Below are positions 30,901 through 40,130 of a stretch of 64,000 bases of DNA, in pieces. The position numbers and the translations under genes were made by a program. Where the stretch lies: the NCBI GenBank assembly GCA_965212015.1, contig OZ243037.1, positions 352,001-416,000 of the forward strand, in the 5' to 3' direction. The notes under the pieces are model-generated. The model had not been told where the DNA came from and did not search any database. It saw only the letters and a program-made list of their open reading frames with translations. The stretch comes from Cenarchaeum sp. (lineage in GTDB: Archaea > Thermoproteota > Nitrososphaeria > Nitrososphaerales > Nitrosopumilaceae). Positions within the stretch are counted from its first letter, which is position 1. Each line of letters opens with the position of its first letter.

Positions 30901-33900
30901 AAACTATCCGGAAGGAAGCCGGTGGCGGGAAAACTGCGGTCGGGGTCGGTGGGGGAGGACGGCATTGCATAGGGGGCATCGAGGATATACTCGTGTATGC
31001 GGTCGTTTTGGGTTCCAATTATAAACATGCGCTGGCCGTTATTTGAGAATTCCACCCCGTTGGGCGAATTATCTGCAGAACCCACAAAGAACTCTGCGGT
31101 GAAATCATCGGACCTGCTCGATACGTCAAAGGCCGTACCGAGGTCATACTGGAGTATGCGATCATTTACGCCGGTCTCGACTACAAACAAGAGCGTGCCG
31201 TTACTGGAAAATGCCAGATCGGTGGGCAGGGAGTAGGTGCCGGAATGCGAGGTTGTGGGCGCATAGTCAATTGATGGCGTAGTAAGTATCAGGTTGACAG
31301 AATAGTCGTTCGATGCCGTATTGCCGACGTTTATTGCGTTCTGGGCCGCACCTGCCGGAATCGATACGGTAATGATGGCGTCGGTGGCCCCGCGAAGCAC
31401 GTCAAAGTCAAACACGGTATTATCATCGGTTCTAAAGTTTGATACCACGTGAACGCCCGTGCTGCTCGATATTATAATATCGGATGCCTCCAGTCCCGAC
31501 ACCGACTCGCTGAATGTGGCGTTAAACGCTGCAATGCCGTCGACTGTGGCATCCTCCGGGGTGACGCTGTCGATTGTTACCGTGGGTATGATGATCTCGG
31601 GAAGGGAGAACCCAAAGACGTTATCAACATCTCCGGAATCGCTACTAGAGCCGAGTGTAAACATGTGCTGGTTGTCACTGGATATGTGCAGGCCATTGAC
31701 GTTTCCGGTCTGGGGGTGAAAGGCAACAGAGTTGTCCACATACGTTACACCGGAGAGGATTGAGAACGGGGCGCCCAGCGCATATTCGTGGAATCTGCCG
31801 GCGAATCCTCCAATGACAAACATGGATGTGCCATCGGAGCGAAATGCCAGATCGTTTGGAAAAGTCAGGTTACGCGGCTCTGCATCGATCAGAACGACAG
31901 AGGCGCCGCTGGAGGATACGTCAGAAAGGGAAAAGGGGACGCCCAGCGCAAACTCGTAGACGCTAATATCGGAAGTAGCGCCGCCAAGGACGAACAGCTT
32001 TGTGCCGTCAGATGAAAGGGTAAACCCGACTATGCCCCCCGATATGCCAGTCAGCCTGTGCGAGTTTACCAGCGAGAGGGATTCCACATCATAGGGCGAA
32101 TCCATGCTGTATTCATGGAGGGATCTGGGGGTTCCCAGCACAAACATGGTGCGTCCGTCGTTTGAGAATTCCGCATCCGACGGCTCTGTAGTCCCCGGCA
32201 GTACGGCCACGGGGCCGCGCACAATGTCGCTGTTGGGGTTGCCCGTCGTGTTTGCAAAGACAAACGGCGTTCCGCTGGTGGAGTATGTGGTGATATCGCG
32301 ATCATTGGCCTCCATTATGAACATGAGCGTGCCGTTCCTTGAAAAGTCCACGTTGCGCGGAGTGTCACCCGGCGTCGACCTCTCAAATGTCTGGTCAAAT
32401 ACGAGCGTGTTGTTCAGGGTAAGGGTCCTGACGGCATCCACTATGCGGAGTGTTACGGGTTCGACGTCCGTATTACTTGGACCGGTGGCAACGACGTTAA
32501 ATTCAACGTTCCCGACGGTATCTGGCGTCCATGTGAACGCGCCGCCGGGCGTTATCGCAGCAGATGCCGGCGCGCCGTCGAGTGCAAGGGTTGCCGACCG
32601 GCCCGATACCAGGCCGAACTGCAGCGAGATCGGCCCGTCAACCACGTATTGGTGCGATATTACCGGCAGTATGATTACGGGCGGCAGTCCGGCGGCAAAT
32701 GTGGCCGTACGAACTTCGGATGCCGCATTGCCGTGTGGAGTGCGATCCACATCAACGGCGGCGCCCTCCGGAATGCTCACATTTATTGTACCGTCCGTGC
32801 CGTTGCGCTGCACATCAAAGGTGAATGTGTCTGCCTGGCCGGTGGCGGGCAAAAGATTCGACGCCTTGTGGGTGCCGGCAGGCGCGGTGCTAACCACGGT
32901 AATCTCGTCTACTGAAAATTGCGTCACGGGCTCGCTGAACTCGGCCATAAACCGTATGGTCTCCAGGTTGGCGGTCCCCTCGTGTTCCACATCATCACTG
33001 GTTACGTTCACGGTGGGCGTGGTGACAAATGTAAAGGAGTACGGGGCAGTTGACTCCTCATTGAGGTTGCCTTGCAGATCCGTGAACGCACCGGCGTCAA
33101 TGCGTATGATCAAGTTAGCTTCGATGTCTTCGCTGTCTATCTGAAAGCTGTATACGAGGTTGTTTACCCGGGCAACGTTCGTTGCCATGTGGACTCCGGG
33201 GGGGCCGACGAAGGTAATGTCATCTTCTGTAAACGTGCTTGCGACTATGCGCTCGCTGAACTCGGCCCTAAAAGTGGCCACATCCAAGGTCGTCTCGCCG
33301 CGATCCTCCACGTCGGTGCTGGTGATTGTGACTGTGGGCGGGATCTCATCAAGGACCAGCTGGACAACAGGCGCATCGTCAAACTCGAGCCTGTATGACG
33401 TAAACACCACCACATCAACAGGGTCGTCTGCAAACCTTACATCAAACGTTATTACTTCAAATCCGATAACGTCATTCGTGCCGGGGGCTATTTGGTAATG
33501 GGTGGCATTGAGCCTGGTTGCAGTGATGTGAGAGTTATCCCGGGCGCCACTACCGTCCTCGGGCAGCTGAACGTTACTGATCGTAACATGCTCTGCAAAG
33601 GCGGCATCCCCCCTGGCGACCAGATCTGGAAGATTTAGGAGGAACGGCTCAAATCCGGGTGTCAAAAAGAGCCGGCCTACCGGGGATTGTGGAAATCCCA
33701 GCGGTACGGTTCCGGCAGGATCCGACTCGAATCGGAATAACAGTTGTTCGCTTTGGGGCAGATTTACCCCGTCATCCAGGGCAAAGGTAAACCTGGTCTG
33801 GCAGTTACACCCGGGACCGGGGGGCGTTACGATGAGACGATCGCCCACTATACTGGCGGATAACGCCTGGTTGCTCTGGCCCGTTATGGTAACATCAAGG

Positions 33901-36900
33901 CGGGGCCTGCTGTTGTCATTATCCACAAACAGGTCATTCAGTGGGATGGCAAACCGGTCATTGACGGCGTTGCGCGGTCCAAACTTTAGGCCACTATGCA
34001 GTTCCCCGGGTGCCGCGTCGGTGTTACGGGTGACAATTGTGTAATTGACTATCAGGCTGTCGTGGACCAGCGGAATGATATCTCCTACAACAACCCCCGT
34101 GGACGGGATTATTGTCGGACCGTGCAGGACGGCAGTGAACGTTACAGAATCCGTGGGGGTTGTAAAGTCGGATGTCGGATTATACGATATGGACCCAGAG
34201 CCGTTGGATGGGAATACTCTAATCTGGACTGTGGTCCCGTTCGAGGTCAGCTCGGGAACAAGGGTGGCGGGATCGGTCTGGTTGATTCGAATCTCCCCCG
34301 TTGCATCCGCATTGTCGGCAGTTATTATAATGTGGTTAAACGCCACCCTCGGGTCTATGGCAAAGTCGTCCCAGTTCAGGACGACATCCTCAGCCAAAAG
34401 GTCATGGTTTACATTAATTGAGGAGTCCAGGAATATGCCGGACTCGGTCGTCTCTATGTCCCGCACTGTAACCGTTATAGTCTCACAGGTGATAGCGTTT
34501 GGCACGCCCGTGGCCTGGCTTTCGGCGCACAGCTCGGCGGCCACTATACCTGATGATACCGGGTCTATGGACAGTATATCTCCTGTAATGCTCAAATCTA
34601 CGATTCCGGGATCCAGGTTGGTCACAGTGTATATGATGTCATCGCCCTCCGGATCCATAAAAAATTCGTTCAACATTACCGTCATGTCCGCATCCGAGGA
34701 ATCAACTATGTATCCTGCCGTCAGGTTGGATATGGGGGCCGCATCGGTCTTGTTTACAGTTATATCAAATATGCCAGAGAACATGCTTCCGTCCTGTAAG
34801 GCAAACGTATAGGTTATCGGGATGGGATCCGACTGTATGCCGGTGGTCACAAATGTGTCGGATATCGTGTGTCTTGTTCTTTCGTCCGTTTCTTCGTCTA
34901 TCGTCTGGCTGACTATCTGAAATCCATTTATGAATATTACACCTGTGGTGTCGTTAAACTGCAGAGGGTCGGCGCCACTCGCTACAAGTTCTTGTATCGT
35001 CTGTAGATCCAGGTTTTGTAGGTCTACCACCCTAGAAAAATTAATTACACTTAGCGGTATTCCCAGCTCGCCGGTTACCACCGGAATAGTGTCCCTGTCG
35101 ATGGGGGATTCGGTATGGGAGATAATAGCCAAATTCAGGGAATTCAGCGTCTGCCCCTCGTTTATCGACTGGGCTGGTATTATCTCAAGCGCGGGAGGGG
35201 CCGACTGTGTATTCACCATCAAAGTCGCAAGGCTAGAGCCGTCACACACGTCATAACTAATGTTGGCCACCCCGCCGGCGCCGGTCGTCCTAAAGGTCGC
35301 CAGGCCCTCGGAGGTAATCTGGAGCGAGGTTGAGTCAATTGCGGCATTGACATCTGAGCGTATGTTGGAATATGTCAGTATGTCCTCGGCATCGGCATCG
35401 CTGGTATGCATGGCAAGATCCAGCACTCTTGCATTTGTGGCAATCGGGATGCCCAAACCGTCAACGACTGTCGGCAGTGCATTGGGCGATCTTTCATTGT
35501 TCATTATATCAACGGTATAGGTGCGCTCGACATTGTCCAGAGTACCGTCGGCAAATTCAGGCTGATTAATGTCACGAAAATTGTCATCAGATACCGTCAC
35601 GGTAAACGATACAGAGCCGTCAATAGTGCACCTTGCCGGAGTGTCCTCGGCCCTGAAATCAGGCGAGTTGTCCTGCGGAACCGCGCCGGACAGCTGTCCC
35701 GTGGCAGCATCGATGCTCATCCAGTCAGGGTGCTCGGAGATGCGGAATCCCAGTACGGTGCCGTCGGGTTCGGATACCGGAATCGGCGTCGAGCTGGAGA
35801 CGTCCACGTCCTCGGTAAAGACAAAGTCCAGATCCTCAAGGACGGGAGGTCCTGTGTTTAGCGCTTGTGCGACTATCTCAAAGTTTTGAGGGGGATTCCC
35901 TACAATGTACAGGGATTCAAAGTCTGGCGTGAACGTCATTCCCCTGGTCGGAAAGCTTACTATCGGATGTGCGGCCACTTGGGTCATGGTTCTCACGTCA
36001 TATGCCACACCTAACGAATACAAATCAAGGACGCGGGTGTTGTGGAAATTATGATTGCCCAGAGTGTATATTGCCGTGCCGTCATCGCTGATTGCCATAG
36101 CAATCCCGCTGGGGTCGAAAAGGGCCGGGCTCCTTTCAAAATTGTCCGCAGAACCCGACGTCACGTTAAAGGCCGTCTCGAGCGGGAATCCGTATATGCG
36201 GCCGCCGCCATGAATGCTTTCTATCACGTACATGTAGAGGCCGTCGCGCGAGAATTCTATTCCATGCGCGTTGACAGTGGCACTGGCGACGGACAGGGAT
36301 TCGCCATCATACATGGGGTTTGGAGAAATGCTGAAGGGCGAGTCCAGAACGTACGCGTCTACGGTGTCGCTGCTGGCACCTAGCACGAACATCTTTAGGC
36401 GGTCGGCAGAGAACTCTATTGATCTGGGTTCCGGATCCCGGGTGATGGTAAATGTCTGATCGGGCGTAGCTGGCGCCGTCGTTATATCAAAGTCCGTGCC
36501 AAGATTATACCTATGTATAGCGTCGGTGTCTCCGCCGTTCAATAGGAACATCAGGCCGCCGCTGCGTGAAAAGTCTATATCCAGTGTGCGATCAATCGTT
36601 CTTGGCTCAAAGCCTACCAGGTCATAATCGGCCGAGATGTCAAACTCTAGGTCGACTGTATAGCTGTTCGATGCCATGTTGTTCCCCACCGCATTCGCCA
36701 GAATCATGACGGTGATGGTGGCATCGGCTGGCCCGCGCAGCACGTCAAAGGCGTACATTGTGCCGGAGCCGGTAAGGTTTGACGGCACGTGGGTGCCGGC
36801 AGACAGGGCAGTGCCGTCAGGTGCAACGCTAGATATTGTAATGTCACTCAGCTCAAATCCGGTCACCGGATTGCCAAATTCGACGTTAAACGATGCAATG

Positions 36901-39500
36901 CCGTCGGCGGTAGTCGCCCCCGGCGGATTGCTGTCGATTTCCGTCGTAAACGAGCCAGAGACGACGGAATACCTAAAGATGTCGTCTACTGTGTTATCGA
37001 GTACAAACAGGTGCAGGCCGTTATCAGCAACTACCATGCTGCTGGGACCCACGGTGGGAATCGTTTGGGAGATGCCGCTGTACGATATGGAGGAGGGGTC
37101 CACGGCATACTCGTGCAACGCACCGTCAGCTCCTACGACAAGCATGGCCGTACTGTTGTAAAATGCCACGTCCTGCGGCGTGGCCGGATTACTGCCCAAA
37201 TTAAGGGATCTGTTGTATGTCACATCGGAGACTGAAAAGGGGATTGCCAGCGTGTGCTCGTGGACCTGGCTGTTGACAGAGGCCGTACCCGCCACTGCAA
37301 ACAGCTTTGTACCGTCAGATGAAATGGTGAATCCGGTGGGACGCTGCGACGACAGATCGGTCAGCGTGTGCGTGTTTACCTGCGTGCGCGGATCTAGGAC
37401 ATATGGTGCATCCAGGGCATATTCATAGAGTGTGCCGGAAAATAAATCCATTAGAATCATGGTGCGCCCGTCGTTTGAGAACTCTAGATCCGTTGCGGAA
37501 AGACTCCGCGGTACCGAAGACTCAAAGTCAAGTGTGATGTCGCTGTTGATGTCAGATGTCGTGTTTGCAAAGTCAAACGGCGTGATTGTCGTGTACCGGG
37601 TAATGTCGCTGTCGGCACTTTCCAGTACGAACATGTGCAGCCCGTCGTTTGAGAATTGTATGGCATTAGGGTCGTCACCAAACGGCCTATCAAAGGTGTC
37701 ATCAGGTTCGAGCTCGCCTGCGACAAAGGGCGTTATGGAATTCACCACGCGGAGTATTATTGGCTCGGTGTCAGAGCCGTCGGTATTTGTGGCGGTGACG
37801 TTAAAGGAGAACGTGCCTGCGGCGTTTGGCGTCCAAATGAACGAGCCGGTGTTCGTTTCTGCTGCAAGTGGCGGGCTGCCGGGGAACGTAAATTCGGCCG
37901 CCGGCCTGCCCGATACCTGCCCGAACTGCAGGCTGAGCTCCTCGTTTATCACGTACTGTGACTGTATTATCGGCAGTATGATTACGGGCGGCATGGTACC
38001 AGCGGGCGGGGTAACCGGCGCGTTTGCAAAGTCGTACTGGAATGATTCAGAGGCCGCCGTGTTGGCGTTCCCATTCACGTCCTCGAACGAGCCTGAAAGA
38101 ACGAATATGCTTATGTTCTGATCCGCGGCAGAGTGCACTACCTGAAAGTCATACGTGATGTCATTCTCCCGTTCGATATTCATCACGGAGTGTGACGAGG
38201 AATCACCACTCGCGCTAATGTCACCTGCGGTAAACGTGCTTTCCATTATGGGCTCGCTGAATGTCGCAGTGAAATTGGCCGTAACCAAGTTCGTGACGGT
38301 ACTTTCTGTCACCTGGGTGCTAGAGATTGTAACTGTGGGCGGGGTGTTATCCGGCCCAATTATGGCGGTAAATGTAGGGGCCGCCAAACTGTCGATACCG
38401 CCAGATACGCTGCTTGCCGCGCCTGCGTCAATCGATACGATTACGGTACCGACCGAGAATCCCCTAATGACTTCAAACGTGTACTGGGCTGCGTTGACCT
38501 CCGTAAAGGACCCCGCCACTATCCGTGGATTGCCGCCGTCTGCGGTACCCGACAGGACAATGTCGGTGTCCGCAAATCCCGTCACATCCTCGCTGAATTG
38601 GACGGTAAATGTTAAACTACTAGAGCTCGTGGCGCCGCCGTTTACCAGGTCGTTCGTCCCGTCATTGGCGGTGATTGTAGGGGTGGGCGGTGCAATGATC
38701 AGGGTAAAGGGGTCGGCGAACGTATACTGGTAGACGAGATCGTTGCCGCTATCCAAAACATACATGTTCCTGCCGTCAGATGAAAAGTCCATGTCGCGTG
38801 CAATAAAACCACTTATCCCGATATCAAAAGTATCAACGGGCGTTGTGTTGATACTACTCACGACATAGGGCGTACTCAGTGCATACTGGCGGACCGTAGC
38901 TCCATTAATAGTAAACAGGCTCGTGCCGTCATTGGAGATTGACGCGCCGTGGAAGGACGCGGGTTGGGCAGACGTGCTGTTTTGAGTAACGCCGGAGGAT
39001 ATGTCAAAGGCGGTACTGAGCTCATATGACGCGATACCGGGGCCATCACCCCCGGTTATTAGCCACATGCCGTCACGAGAGATTGTCATGCCGGCAGCTC
39101 TGAATTCGCAGCAGTTTGGTGGATTGCTCGGGGTGGCAATCGAACGATCTGCCATAACTGGCACCTGGACGACCTCGGGCGCGGAAAAGGTATTAGTGCC
39201 AAGAAATATTCTGCTGCCGTCATTAGAGATCGCCACGGCTTGTACACCAAATGTCGTGGCAGAGGTAAAAGACTGCCTCGGGTGCACGGTGGCACTGGTT
39301 ATATCAAAGGCGGAACTGAGATCGAGTCTGATAATACCGGTATTATCTACAACATACACCTCCGTGCCGTCGTCGGATATGGTCATGCCCGAGGGAAAAT
39401 TCTCTCCAAGAGGAGGTGATTGGGCCTGCGCATAGGCCGAGACGGGGATCAGAACCAACAATGGCAACAGTAAAGCTGCGAACAGCAGGGTCTTTTGCAT
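27915..39500 (-). CDS. Giant secreted/surface protein, paralog 1 (~3861 aa): beta-propeller-like repeats, Ig-like and cadherin/He_PIG-like modules, shared C-terminal domain
   Basis: Signal peptide MQKTLLFAALLLPLL..SAYA|Q; repeated FSxDGxxMFV / YxLxTAFDI blades; FSExVTGF Ig-like and WLSIDxxTGQLSG modules. The true start is 39500, matching the paralogs. Confidence 0.88.
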   Translation of the reverse strand: MQKTLLFAALLLPLLVLIPVSAYAQAQSPPLGENFPSGMTISDDGTEVYVVDNTGIIRLDLSSAFDITSATVHPRQSFTSATTFGVQAVAISNDGSRIFLGTNTFSAPEVVQVPVMADRSIATPSNPPNCCEFRAAGMTISRDGMWLITGGDGPGIASYELSTAFDISSGVTQNSTSAQPASFHGASISNDGTSLFTINGATVRQYALSTPYVVSSINTTPVDTFDIGISGFIARDMDFSSDGRNMYVLDSGNDLVYQYTFADPFTLIIAPPTPTITANDGTNDLVNGGATSSSSLTFTVQFSEDVTGFADTDIVLSGTADGGNPRIVAGSFTEVNAAQYTFEVIRGFSVGTVIVSIDAGAASSVSGGIDSLAAPTFTAIIGPDNTPPTVTISSTQVTESTVTNLVTANFTATFSEPIMESTFTAGDISASGDSSSHSVMNIERENDITYDFQVVHSAADQNISIFVLSGSFEDVNGNANTAASESFQYDFANAPVTPPAGTMPPVIILPIIQSQYVINEELSLQFGQVSGRPAAEFTFPGSPPLAAETNTGSFIWTPNAAGTFSFNVTATNTDGSDTEPIILRVVNSITPFVAGELEPDDTFDRPFGDDPNAIQFSNDGLHMFVLESADSDITRYTTITPFDFANTTSDINSDITLDFESSVPRSLSATDLEFSNDGRTMILMDLFSGTLYEYALDAPYVLDPRTQVNTHTLTDLSSQRPTGFTISSDGTKLFAVAGTASVNSQVHEHTLAIPFSVSDVTYNRSLNLGSNPATPQDVAFYNSTAMLVVGADGALHEYAVDPSSISYSGISQTIPTVGPSSMVVADNGLHLFVLDNTVDDIFRYSVVSGSFTTEIDSNPPGATTADGIASFNVEFGNPVTGFELSDITISSVAPDGTALSAGTHVPSNLTGSGTMYAFDVLRGPADATITVMILANAVGNNMASNSYTVDLEFDISADYDLVGFEPRTIDRTLDIDFSRSGGLMFLLNGGDTDAIHRYNLGTDFDITTAPATPDQTFTITRDPEPRSIEFSADRLKMFVLGASSDTVDAYVLDSPFSISPNPMYDGESLSVASATVNAHGIEFSRDGLYMYVIESIHGGGRIYGFPLETAFNVTSGSADNFERSPALFDPSGIAMAISDDGTAIYTLGNHNFHNTRVLDLYSLGVAYDVRTMTQVAAHPIVSFPTRGMTFTPDFESLYIVGNPPQNFEIVAQALNTGPPVLEDLDFVFTEDVDVSSSTPIPVSEPDGTVLGFRISEHPDWMSIDAATGQLSGAVPQDNSPDFRAEDTPARCTIDGSVSFTVTVSDDNFRDINQPEFADGTLDNVERTYTVDIMNNERSPNALPTVVDGLGIPIATNARVLDLAMHTSDADAEDILTYSNIRSDVNAAIDSTSLQITSEGLATFRTTGAGGVANISYDVCDGSSLATLMVNTQSAPPALEIIPAQSINEGQTLNSLNLAIISHTESPIDRDTIPVVTGELGIPLSVINFSRVVDLQNLDLQTIQELVASGADPLQFNDTTGVIFINGFQIVSQTIDEETDERTRHTISDTFVTTGIQSDPIPITYTFALQDGSMFSGIFDITVNKTDAAPISNLTAGYIVDSSDADMTVMLNEFFMDPEGDDIIYTVTNLDPGIVDLSITGDILSIDPVSSGIVAAELCAESQATGVPNAITCETITVTVRDIETTESGIFLDSSINVNHDLLAEDVVLNWDDFAIDPRVAFNHIIITADNADATGEIRINQTDPATLVPELTSNGTTVQIRVFPSNGSGSISYNPTSDFTTPTDSVTFTAVLHGPTIIPSTGVVVGDIIPLVHDSLIVNYTIVTRNTDAAPGELHSGLKFGPRNAVNDRFAIPLNDLFVDNDNSRPRLDVTITGQSNQALSASIVGDRLIVTPPGPGCNCQTRFTFALDDGVNLPQSEQLLFRFESDPAGTVPLGFPQSPVGRLFLTPGFEPFLLNLPDLVARGDAAFAEHVTISNVQLPEDGSGARDNSHITATRLNATHYQIAPGTNDVIGFEVITFDVRFADDPVDVVVFTSYRLEFDDAPVVQLVLDEIPPTVTITSTDVEDRGETTLDVATFRAEFSERIVASTFTEDDITFVGPPGVHMATNVARVNNLVYSFQIDSEDIEANLIIRIDAGAFTDLQGNLNEESTAPYSFTFVTTPTVNVTSDDVEHEGTANLETIRFMAEFSEPVTQFSVDEITVVSTAPAGTHKASNLLPATGQADTFTFDVQRNGTDGTINVSIPEGAAVDVDRTPHGNAASEVRTATFAAGLPPVIILPVISHQYVVDGPISLQFGLVSGRSATLALDGAPASAAITPGGAFTWTPDTVGNVEFNVVATGPSNTDVEPVTLRIVDAVRTLTLNNTLVFDQTFERSTPGDTPRNVDFSRNGTLMFIMEANDRDITTYSTSGTPFVFANTTGNPNSDIVRGPVAVLPGTTEPSDAEFSNDGRTMFVLGTPRSLHEYSMDSPYDVESLSLVNSHRLTGISGGIVGFTLSSDGTKLFVLGGATSDISVYEFALGVPFSLSDVSSSGASVVLIDAEPRNLTFPNDLAFRSDGTSMFVIGGFAGRFHEYALGAPFSILSGVTYVDNSVAFHPQTGNVNGLHISSDNQHMFTLGSSSDSGDVDNVFGFSLPEIIIPTVTIDSVTPEDATVDGIAAFNATFSESVSGLEASDIIISSSTGVHVVSNFRTDDNTVFDFDVLRGATDAIITVSIPAGAAQNAINVGNTASNDYSVNLILTTPSIDYAPTTSHSGTYSLPTDLAFSSNGTLLFVVETGVNDRILQYDLGTAFDVSSRSDDFTAEFFVGSADNSPNGVEFSNNGQRMFIIGTQNDRIHEYILDAPYAMPSSPTDPDRSFPATGFLPDSFPEGLDFSSDGRYMYMTGAQNDRIFGYELGSPFLLGSITKPPVFSDLTVGRPTGSEITDDGSILYVLDEQAVNGFRNLFVYSLGTAHDVSDLTLLETRPLAGVQLTEMEFGSDSRILYVTERTGNGILAFAVNTALPELGDLNFGFTEDGDVSELAPIPGSDDDPGAVLEYSLSNHPGWLSIDSTTGQLSGIVPQDNSPLFDSMDTPARCFSQGSVEFTVTVSDDGFDSDNTDDVSRDYTVSVFNNARSPNDLPSNVNNLNIELARTATQLDLSLYTSDTDAEDTLTYSFAGLAGNAITPNTLEIDSDTGLATFTTTGNTGTATIDYLVCDGSHLSSLQVTTASATQPSISFDDITRNILVGTSLTVTAQEIRDLITFDAPNEEAFHFPADQPDDIPGNSFEHHNTGRLVADADRIPELDIFITGTAGQTVQNFIGTQTATFIAELRATATSIAMNPGEQAIDNNGVETGDAVVGDVVERASNTFTLVTSAPVIGNHSETFAPGQTVRIPFPITPTDADYTVVLDQDARDMLNVLGLRTGDITNQNPGNLALSGTIPDDIVSSGNATRDFVIPYEVRIEDSETLLEFENNLYIRIADTIMIGPTDVLDGGYEIAHSMLGPPNNATFTAVSYMTVIDTGGDLITIVSDDGEGVNEMLSFVMVNEEHTCADLAGNTVTMTTTGTDADGNTAVMTNTIVFGECPSSGGDDDTQWRTKPTFGKSYTTGQKIVDCGYSMDNVCRDVTDYHVDYKRNTIETDSLHDFALTAYAQNGLRSFNIGFGMPGIGSPLNAAEAQINVNLIRDYSINSTYMIDSVEYSNENRVIGEDATFEISRVKCLPTDENNLCVRLNIDGVLFRETLYDEPFAINALDSKRRGTTHYMNEGLLVFGDSLNVPPTHELSERHSNQGDAVKLHLTRTDKLADVWTDQLGHQWTKNAFGTWSYVDAPPVDMSSACTDEDNRACDAFAQKRDAHIIQMEELRDSVYGGAYVTSHDGRQ

Positions 39501-39536
39501 ATACCGTCCCCCCCCCCGATTGCTTATAAAAGTATA
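39501..39536 (-). promoter_or_regulatory. Promoter of paralog 1: TATA box plus G10 tract
   Basis: Coding strand TATACTTTTATAAGCAATC-G10-ACGGTAT-ATG. Confidence 0.8.
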
Positions 39537-39550
39537 ATCATCGGTTTTTT

Positions 39551-39610
39551 GTAATCGGTTAGGTTCAAGCGGGATATTTGGATCCGCAGGCACCGGACCT
39601 AACCGGTTAC
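39551..39610 (+). mobile_element. 60-bp MITE-like element immediately upstream of the paralog 1 promoter
   Basis: GTAATCGGTTAGGTT...GACCTAACCGGTTAC, with the best-preserved terminal inverted repeats. Confidence 0.72.
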
Positions 39611-40130
39611 GAACCGGTTCTTGACTGCGATCATGCGGGATCAGGGCGAACATGGCGTCAGGACTAGAACTTCCATTCTTCACACAATCCGTTCCACAGG
39701 GGACGGAACACGTCCGGATCCTTTCCAATCTCCTGCGTGATGCGGTTTTTGAGCACGAATGAAAAGTTCTCCAGCGCATCAATGCCGCCGTCATTATACA
39801 GCTCTTCTCCAATCTCGGAGATCCGTGGTGCACGCAAAAATGTCGGCCCTGATGAGCGCGATTCGTATGGGAGTATCTGTCACAGGTTGCACGATGTACC
39901 GTACTTTTCCATGCCATATCTGCGCCAAGCACATAATTGCAGGCGGCGCCGGAAGGCAGACTGGCATTCCCGGGGGCCGTCCCCGTCACGGCCGGGATCC
40001 ATCCCGGCTGCTCAAAAGGTCTTCATTTTGGAGCCGGTCTTGTTCCAGATGGGTTCGTACCAGCTATCATAATCAGGGCATCGTTGCCTGCATTTTACGC
40101 AAGATGCGGATTTGTTCGGCGTATGTTCAA

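Noticed and set aside
27531-39675. Inverted 14-mer pair (TGGAAGCTCTAGTC / GACTAGAACTTCCA) flanking paralog 1, as possible transposon or inversion ends
   Set aside because: Only a 13/14 match, with no extension, no target-site duplication and no recombinase nearby. It may be chance or IS debris.
39501-39989. 163-aa N-terminal extension of the 4024-aa ORF (and the 30-aa extension at 46047-46136)
   Set aside because: It reads through the TATA box, G tract and MITE. The paralogs all start at MQK with a signal peptide, so the tract is in the promoter and is not a coding frameshift switch.
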